From Sinorhizobium meliloti (GTDB lineage: Bacteria; Pseudomonadota; Alphaproteobacteria; Rhizobiales; Rhizobiaceae), in contig NZ_JAGIOS010000003.1 of NCBI RefSeq assembly GCF_017876815.1, forward strand, positions 1,528,516 to 1,560,515: a DNA stretch of 32,000 bases, in the 5' to 3' direction. The notes under the pieces were generated by a model that was not told the DNA's origin, searched no databases, and saw only the letters and a list, made by a program, of their open reading frames with translations. The first letter of the stretch is position 1. Every line of letters starts with the position of its first letter. A program made the translations under genes and the position numbers. This document shows, piece by piece, positions 26,321 to 32,000 of the stretch.

Positions 26321-27214
26321 TTAACGGTCGAGACCCCAAACGTCCGGGTTCCGTTTGAAGTACTCAGTCAGCATTTCGGTAAGCGCACGCACTTTCCGCG
26401 TGGGATGCTGACCCGGCGGGCGGACGACATACGCCGCCCCCGGAGGGACCGGATAGCGTGTCATGATCGGGACCAGAGCGCCGGAGGCCACATATCCATA
26501 TGTGATGCAATCGGGGAGCCAGGCGATGCCGAGACCTGCCGCCGCCGCAGCGGCAAGCGCCGTGGCGCTGTCGGCCTTGAACCTGCCCTGCGGCTGAACC
26601 GTGACGATCTTGTCGCCATCCATGAACTGCCAGGCTTCCGTTCCCTGCATGAGGGCCTGATGGGTGACGAGTTCGTCCAGGGTCTCAGGTGACCCGTGCG
26701 CTTTGATGTAATCCGGGCTGGCGACAAGCTTGCCATGGATCGGCCCAACGCGCTTCGCGATCAGGTTTGAGTCTTGGAGGTAGGCACCCCGAATCGCGCA
26801 ATCAAAACCCTCTGCGATGAGATCGACGAAGCGATCGCTGTAGGAGGTATGGATGTGAAGCTGCGGGTGCTGGCGCGCCATGTCCGCAAGCACGGGGGCG
26901 AAGTGGGTCGGGCCGAACGTAAGCGGCATGGCAACCCTCAGGCGGCCGCGCAACTCACCGGTGGGGAGGATCGTTTCCTTGGCGGTGTCAATCTCGGCGC
27001 TGGCTCTGGCCGCATGGTCCCTGAACGTGATCCCTGCTTCCGTGAGCGCGGCGCCGCGGGTCGTTCGTGCAAGAAGCTGGACGCCAAGCTCCGCTTCGAC
27101 CCGGAGGAGCCGCCGGCTGACGATCGATTTGGAGATGCCAAGCCGGCGTGCGGCGGCCGATACGCCCCCGGCATCGGCCACTGCGACGAATGTCTGTAGG
27201 TCTTCGATGTCCAT
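26321..27214 (-). CDS. LysR family transcriptional regulator
   Basis: MDIEDLQTFVAVADAGGVSAAARRLGISKSIVSRRLLRVE wHTH plus a substrate-binding domain. Divergent from the isochorismatase-family gene. Confidence 0.92.
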   Translation of the reverse strand: MDIEDLQTFVAVADAGGVSAAARRLGISKSIVSRRLLRVEAELGVQLLARTTRGAALTEAGITFRDHAARASAEIDTAKETILPTGELRGRLRVAMPLTFGPTHFAPVLADMARQHPQLHIHTSYSDRFVDLIAEGFDCAIRGAYLQDSNLIAKRVGPIHGKLVASPDYIKAHGSPETLDELVTHQALMQGTEAWQFMDGDKIVTVQPQGRFKADSATALAAAAAAGLGIAWLPDCITYGYVASGALVPIMTRYPVPPGAAYVVRPPGQHPTRKVRALTEMLTEYFKRNPDVWGLDR

Positions 27215-27368
27215 TCCGGCGTTCCTTATTTCGCGACACAGCTTGCCCGACTATGGCACTACCGCACCACCAAAAGGAACAGCACATTGCGTTCAGGCAA
27301 CGTCACCCGCTGGCGCATGTCTCCCGTGAACCCATCGCCGTCCATAGCGGCAGAGAAAGGAAGTCTTG

Positions 27369-28019
27369 ATGCCCCCTCGTAACGGCCTCGATTCGCTTCT
27401 TCGTCCCGAAGATTCGGTCCTCGTTCTGATCGATCACCAACCTTATCAACTCGCGAACCTGAACAGCCACGATCCGCATATGGTGGTCAACAACACGACC
27501 GCGCTGGCGAAGCTAGCAAGAGCCTTCAATGTTCCGACCATTCTCACCAGCGTGATCGCGGCGCGCGGTGGACTTCTCTTTAAGCAGATCACCGACGTAT
27601 TTCCGGACCAGGAAGTCATCGATCGCACCTGGGTTAACACCTGGCAGGACGAGAATGTGGTGAACGTCGTCAAAGCGACCGGCCGCAAGCAACTGATCAT
27701 CGCCGGCCTGTGGACCGAGGTCTGCGTCGCAATGCCTGTCATCCAGGCCGCCGGCGAAGGCTGGGACGTCACCGTGATCACCGACGCGTCGGGCGGGATT
27801 TCGAAGGAGTCTCATGAAGTTGCCATCCAGCGCATGGCCGCGGCCGGCGCGAACGTGATGACCGTGATGGCGCTCGCTGGCGAATGGCAACGCGATTGGG
27901 CGCGCACCGAGCATGTCGAGGAGCTGACCGAGATTCTCATCCAGCACTTCGGCGGCAGCGGCATCGCGTATCTTTGGGAGCAGCAGCTTCTCAACACGCC
28001 GGTGCCGAGCGAAGGTTGA
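27369..28019 (+). CDS. Isochorismatase-family cysteine hydrolase (YcaC-like)
   Basis: SVLVLIDHQ (catalytic Asp region), a conserved Lys region, and LIIAGLWTEVCVAMPV (catalytic Cys). AAAGGAAG lies 6 nt upstream of the ATG at 27369. Confidence 0.88.
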   Translation: MPPRNGLDSLLRPEDSVLVLIDHQPYQLANLNSHDPHMVVNNTTALAKLARAFNVPTILTSVIAARGGLLFKQITDVFPDQEVIDRTWVNTWQDENVVNVVKATGRKQLIIAGLWTEVCVAMPVIQAAGEGWDVTVITDASGGISKESHEVAIQRMAAAGANVMTVMALAGEWQRDWARTEHVEELTEILIQHFGGSGIAYLWEQQLLNTPVPSEG

Positions 28020-28020
28020 C

Positions 28021-28538
28021 CCGGGCCGGGTGGCCAAAGCCGTCCTCGTCGCCGCCATTCCGCCGCTGATGCTGAAGAACGACGACGACCCCGAAGGCAC
28101 GCCGATGGAGGTCTTCGACGGCTTTCGGACGGCACTGGCCGGCAACCGTGCACAGTTCTTCCGCGACGTCCCGTCAGGCCCGTTCTCAGGCTTCAACCGC
28201 GAGGGCGCGGCGGTCCATGAAGGCGTGCTCCAGAACTGGTGGCGGCAGGGCATGATGGGGAAGCGCCAAGGCGCACTACGATGGCGTCAAGGCCTTCTCG
28301 GAAACCGACCAAGACCGATGACCTCAAGGCGATCACCGTGCCAACGCCGGTGCTGCACGGTGAGGACGACCAGGTCGTTCCGATCGCCGCCTCGGCTTTG
28401 AAGGCGGTCAAGCTGCTGCCGAACGGTTCGTTGAAGACCTATCCCGGTTTCTCGCACGGGATGCTGACAGTGAACGCTGATGTGCTGAACGCCGACCTTC
28501 TGGAGTTCATCACGAACAGAAGTGACTGCGGGGCGTGA
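28021..28538 (+). pseudogene. Alpha/beta hydrolase (non-haem chloroperoxidase/arylesterase type) remnant: 5'-truncated, with two frameshifts
   Basis: Homology is spread over three frames. Frame 1: GRVAKAVLVAAIPPLMLKNDDDPEGTPMEVFDGFRTALAGNRAQFFRDVPSGPFSGFNREGAAVHEGVLQNWWRQGMMG. Frame 2: GSAKAHYDGVKAFSETD. Frame 3: TDDLKAITVPTPVLHGEDDQVVPIAASALKAVKLLPNGSLKTYPGFSHGMLTVNADVLNADLLEFI. The N-terminal ~100 aa, including the nucleophile elbow, are absent. Confidence 0.8.
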
Positions 28539-29092
28539 CCTCCCGGCCCCGTCCCGTAGTTCGAGTCGACGCTTGAAAAGGTGTGCGTGCGTCGGTGGAG
28601 CACAAGAAACTCCATCTCGCACTGCAGAAGCGCTGCGCTCATAGTGGCCTCGCTGCGCGTTTGTCAGCTAATCTTATTACTGGGACCGAAACCAGACGGT
28701 CTGTCATCGGCCCCAAAGTCGGAAACAATTTCCGCTTTGCGCCGCCCCATGTCGGCCCGTGAGGTGACCCCGAGGCTGTTCCCGATAGCAGACGTTGGCG
28801 AAGTAACTCACCGAAATGCCGAACGACGCGACACGTTGACGAAGGTCGAAAGCGGCGCCTGCACCAGCGCGGCCGACTAGAGCGTGGGCGGGGTCGCCCC
28901 GCGCGTGCGAATGAAATAACCCCCCGTTATCTATGGTCCAAATCGGCCATGGCTGGCTTTATTTCGCACAATCGCTATTATTAGTTTGGTCAAATTTCTC
29001 GAGCGCGCGAGCAACCATTTGGGCTTCCGCAAGGGAAGGAGTGACGCCATGCGGCCGGATGCTTGATGGATCAGGCCGACTAGGAGAGCGAC

Positions 29093-29890
29093 ATGGCGTT
29101 CTTTGCTAAGGAACAGTTGATCGCTGCGGCGGGCTCCCTCGCCTTCTGCCTTCTCACGTGCGTTGCTGAGGCGGCCTCATGCGGCAAAAGCGCTGCCGGG
29201 TTTCAACAGTGGAAAGTGGAGTTTGCCGAGACGGCAAAGGCCGCCGGCGTGAGGGGGAAGGGTCTTGCAGCGCTTCTCGGAGCGAAATACGCAGTAGGGA
29301 CCATCCGGGCCGACCGCTCCGTCAACAAGGCTTTCAGCGGCTCGGTCGACGACTTTATGAGACGACGTGGTGGGTCCGCGATTATTTCCAAGGGCCGATC
29401 GCTCAAAACGGCGAACGCAGCACTCTTCGGCAACATCGAGCGTAAGTACGACGTGCCCGCCGGGGTGTTGCTCGCCATCTGGGGTATGGAGACCGGCTTC
29501 GGCGCCTCCATGGGCAACCAGAACACTGTGTCGGCAATCGTCACGCTCGCCTACGATTGCCGCCGCCCGCAATTCTTCGCGCCGCATGCCATCGCGGCGC
29601 TCAAGCTGGTCGACAGCGGCGTGCTGAGCGCCCGCTCGGTCGGCGCCATGCACGGCGAGATCGGCCAAACCGGGTTCCTGCCCGGGAATGTCTTGAAGTA
29701 CGGCGTCGGCAGCAGGAACATGCGCGACACGAGTACTGCCCTGATGTCAACGGCCAACTTCCTCAAGGCGCACGGTTGGCGGGCCGGCGGGGGCTATCAA
29801 GGCAACATGGGCGCCATCGCTGGCTGGAACTCCGCGAGTGTCTATCAGCAGGCAATCGCCCGCATCGGCGAGGCGATCGACGGCCGTTAG
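29093..29890 (+). CDS. Lytic murein transglycosylase (MltB/SLT_2 family), secreted
   Basis: Signal-peptide-like N-terminus (LIAAAGSLAFCLLTCVAEAASC). Motifs LLAIWGMETGFG (catalytic Glu), ...VTLAYDCRRPQFF..., GAMHGEIGQTGFLP and ...STANFLKAHGW. Confidence 0.88.
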   Translation: MAFFAKEQLIAAAGSLAFCLLTCVAEAASCGKSAAGFQQWKVEFAETAKAAGVRGKGLAALLGAKYAVGTIRADRSVNKAFSGSVDDFMRRRGGSAIISKGRSLKTANAALFGNIERKYDVPAGVLLAIWGMETGFGASMGNQNTVSAIVTLAYDCRRPQFFAPHAIAALKLVDSGVLSARSVGAMHGEIGQTGFLPGNVLKYGVGSRNMRDTSTALMSTANFLKAHGWRAGGGYQGNMGAIAGWNSASVYQQAIARIGEAIDGR

Positions 29891-30207
29891 ACAGTTAGGC
29901 CGGCATCCAGCTAAAAAGCCGCCGTGCGACTGCTCAGATTGCTGGTTCCAGCCCGCACGTCGTGAGGAGCGCATGCTGCTTTCGGCCACTCACTGGACGC
30001 CAGTGATGGCGCCTCTAGAGGCAGCCTTCGCGCTCTTCAAGACATTCTGCACCACCTGTCGCGCGACGACCTTGAATTGCGGCGGCGATTTCAGGCGTGA
30101 CCAATCCCAGTCCTCGGGGGCAAGAGGTCTGATGTCCGCTTTTCGTGTTGGGCGTCCTGGGAGCGGACGGTCGGCCATCAGCCCCTATTGAGACCCTCAA
30201 GTCCCAA

Positions 30208-30226
30208 GCCTTGAAGGGAATCGAAC
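30208..30226. repeat. Copy 2, inverted, of the 19-nt repeat GTTCGATTCCCTTCAAGGC (copy 1 at 12560-12578)
   Basis: The reverse complement of 30208-30226 is identical to 12560-12578. The upstream GGGTC is also shared, giving 24 of 28 matches. The repeat sits in a local imperfect hairpin (CCCTCAAG...CTTGAAGGG) at 30194-30218. Confidence 0.7.
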
Positions 30227-30390
30227 CGTGGACCCGTCGTTATTTTTCAGCTGAACTTAACGTTGAGATCAGTCCACAGGCTGATACTGCACCCCCGTAA
30301 TCATCTTGTAACCTGAAAGCCGCATGCGAAATTCAGCCTGTGGCCTGATATCATGACGCTTGAAATCAAGCTACAGAGTCTGAGAGTTCT

Positions 30391-30564
30391 ATGAAGAGCG
30401 ATACTCACAAGAGAGCCCGCCTGCGCCTCGACGAAAGGCTTCAGGCGCTACAGCCCATTGATCGGTTCAGGGCGCCCCCGAAGGGATGGACACGCGCTCT
30501 GCGCGACGCTCTCGGCACGACGGGGAAGCCGTTGGCTAGCAACGTTATTGCTGTTTTTGGTTGA
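30391..30564 (+). pseudogene. Mobile mystery protein A-like (XRE-type HTH) remnant; only the N-terminal ~50 residues remain
   Basis: MKSDTHKRARLRLDERLQALQPIDRFRAPPKGWTRALRDALGTTGKPLAS... follows the family N-terminus pattern (R..LD.RL..L......P.+GW+RA+R+ALGM+..QLA). The HTH core and the partner Fic-type protein B are missing. The ORF stops after 57 codons. Confidence 0.45.
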
Positions 30565-30889
30565 TAAAGGCCCGACACATTTTGCGACCTTTAGCACAGA
30601 ACGCGAACATCCTCGCGACACCCCGTGCACAGGGCTCGTGAAGAACGGCTCTCTTCAATGCAGAGTCTCCAGGGCGGGAGTCATGGTGGCCGCTTCATAG
30701 AGGCAGTTGTTGCCTCTGCCTAAAAGCAGCCATTGTATCGGGCTGGCGCGACGACATCTGTGCGCCATGAGCCACTACGACGTCCAACTTGAGTCGGAAG
30801 TGGACGGCAAGTTTCGGGGACGCTTAGCGGGAAGCTATCGTACTGGCTGTCCACACTGTGTCTGTGACTCCCGATACGCGACCAGCAAT

Positions 30890-31675
30890 TCAGTCGATCT
30901 GTGCGCCTCCTGTCGCATTGGCCATCGTGGCTGTCATGCCGGCCGCCAAGTCGCTGGCCAGGAGTACCGCCGCGTCAGCTATTTGCGCGAGCGGCGTCAC
31001 ACGCCGCAACGGGGTATCCTTGGCGAACTCTTTATGGATTTCATCGAAAGTCATACCGCGTTCACGCGCAGCCATCGACCAAACGTCGTGAACGCCGGGA
31101 GAGTCTGGGGAGCCCGGCGAACGAACCCACGTGACCCTCACTCCTAAAGGCCCGTTCTCTACCGCTAACTGTCGCAAAAAATGCTCGACGGCAGCACAGG
31201 CAATTCCAAACCCGCCCACGTTCCGGAAAGCTTGGCGTCCAGCGTTCGCACTGATACCGACGATGGAACCACCACCGTTGCGCGCCATATGATCCGCAAC
31301 TGCAGTTCCGGTGTAGAACCACGTTGTGAGACCGGTTTGAACGGGCCGAAGGACTTTCTCTAATGAAATCGTCCCGAGTGGCTCACCTTGTGTGTCGCCC
31401 CAATCAATCGCGTTGAACATTATCTTGACCGGACCCGCCTTATCGGAGATCAGCGCGAGTTGCGCCTCAACAGCTTGCTTGTCCGTTGCATCCACAGGCA
31501 TCACCTCCGCCATTCCACCCCGCGTCCGAATACCGTCCGCAACCGCATCCAACCGATCCTTGTGACGGGCCGCCAGGAAGACGCGAGCGCCTTCTCGGGC
31601 AAATGCCTTTGCCACGGCTGCTCCAACAGCCCCACTGGCACCATAAACAATTGCATTTCGATCTTTCAGCAACAT
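30890..31675 (-). CDS. SDR family oxidoreductase
   Basis: N-terminal VYGASGAVGAAVAKAFAREGARVFLAAR dinucleotide fold, 261 aa, and SDR-like central and C-terminal regions (...GVRVTWVRSPGSPDSP...). Confidence 0.8.
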   Translation of the reverse strand: MLLKDRNAIVYGASGAVGAAVAKAFAREGARVFLAARHKDRLDAVADGIRTRGGMAEVMPVDATDKQAVEAQLALISDKAGPVKIMFNAIDWGDTQGEPLGTISLEKVLRPVQTGLTTWFYTGTAVADHMARNGGGSIVGISANAGRQAFRNVGGFGIACAAVEHFLRQLAVENGPLGVRVTWVRSPGSPDSPGVHDVWSMAARERGMTFDEIHKEFAKDTPLRRVTPLAQIADAAVLLASDLAAGMTATMANATGGAQID

Positions 31676-32000
31676 GCCTTTTTTGCCACCGTTTACATAA
31701 CCCGCACACTAGATGACGATCGCGAGTTCCGCTTTCCGACACTACCAAGAGAGATATTGCGAGCATGCTGACCGTTTTGGTTAGGCGTTTGCGCGATCCC
31801 AGATCGCTGAAGGCGACATCGAACGTCCATTTGGTCAGGGCGTGGCCTTGAGCAGAGAGTTGGTCTGAATTTGCGCAGAGTCCTCGAGCAGTTCATTTCG
31901 ACCGCGGTGCCGCCGGTGGCGGACTCGCTTCTGCGACGGTCAAACTCGTAAAATGATCATGAGGGTGTTCCCATCCTAATGGCCGCTTAGGTGAAGGTTT

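Noticed and set aside
28720-28875. Minus-strand frame reading ...FDLRQRVASFGISVSYFANVCYREQPRGHLTGRH..., reminiscent of the last AraC-type HTH (GFSS.SYFSR.F+...G.SP..YR).
   Set aside because: The match is weak and short, with no upstream helix or start. It could be chance in GC-rich sequence.
30707-31147. A 146-aa plus-strand ORF, and the 62-aa minus-strand ORF at 29990-30178.
   Set aside because: The first is largely antisense to the well-supported SDR gene and is Cys/Arg-rich. The second has no RBS and no recognisable family. Both are treated as non-coding.
31893-32000. A minus-strand reading frame that is open from the right window edge and stops at 31893-31895 (...GWEHPHDHFTSLTVAEASPPPAAPRSK).
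   Set aside because: Only ~35 codons are visible, the sequence is low-complexity and Pro/Ala-rich, and no family signal is present. It cannot be told apart from a chance open frame.

Overview
High-GC alphaproteobacterial DNA that looks Rhizobiaceae-like, and in style resembles an accessory replicon (chromid or megaplasmid). This origin is inferred from protein similarity and gene content only. The window holds tightly packed catabolic operons separated by short, decayed spacers. From left to right: (1) A Liv/HAAT-type ABC importer (end of a LivH-like permease, a fused LivM-LivG permease-ATPase, and a LivF-like ATPase), with four different oxidoreductases downstream: an SDR, a shikimate-dehydrogenase-like protein, an FAD-linked oxidase and a GMC flavoprotein. 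All junctions use overlapping stop/start codons except one 137-nt gap. (2) A CoxMSL/xanthine-dehydrogenase-type molybdenum hydroxylase operon. Its large subunit is broken by an out-of-frame internal deletion, and it is followed by an intact MoaD/ThiS-like protein ending in Gly-Gly. (3) A LysR regulator divergent from an operon encoding an Asp/Glu-racemase-superfamily protein, an ATC-hydrolase-family protein and an M20 N-carbamoyl-amino-acid amidohydrolase. The operon ends in a RidA remnant. (4) A DUF1476 protein (ATPase inhibitor zeta type) and a 5'-truncated Cys-phosphatase. (5) An IclR regulator divergent from GMC dehydrogenase-MFS-xsc-tauZ-pta. This is the sulfoacetaldehyde pathway fed by an alcohol dehydrogenase, which I interpret as an isethionate operon. 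(6) A LysR regulator divergent from an isochorismatase-family hydrolase, followed by a decayed alpha/beta hydrolase. (7) A lytic transglycosylase, a mobile-mystery-protein-A remnant and an SDR. I recognised no rRNA, intact tRNA, CRISPR array or intact IS element. There are at least six gene remnants. A 19-nt perfect inverted repeat with tRNA T-loop-like sequence lies in two decayed spacers 17.6 kb apart. I did not find a clear defence-type or otherwise obviously novel multi-gene system. The most interesting items are the ATC-hydrolase/carbamoylase operon, the hydroxylase-linked GG protein and the repeat pair.
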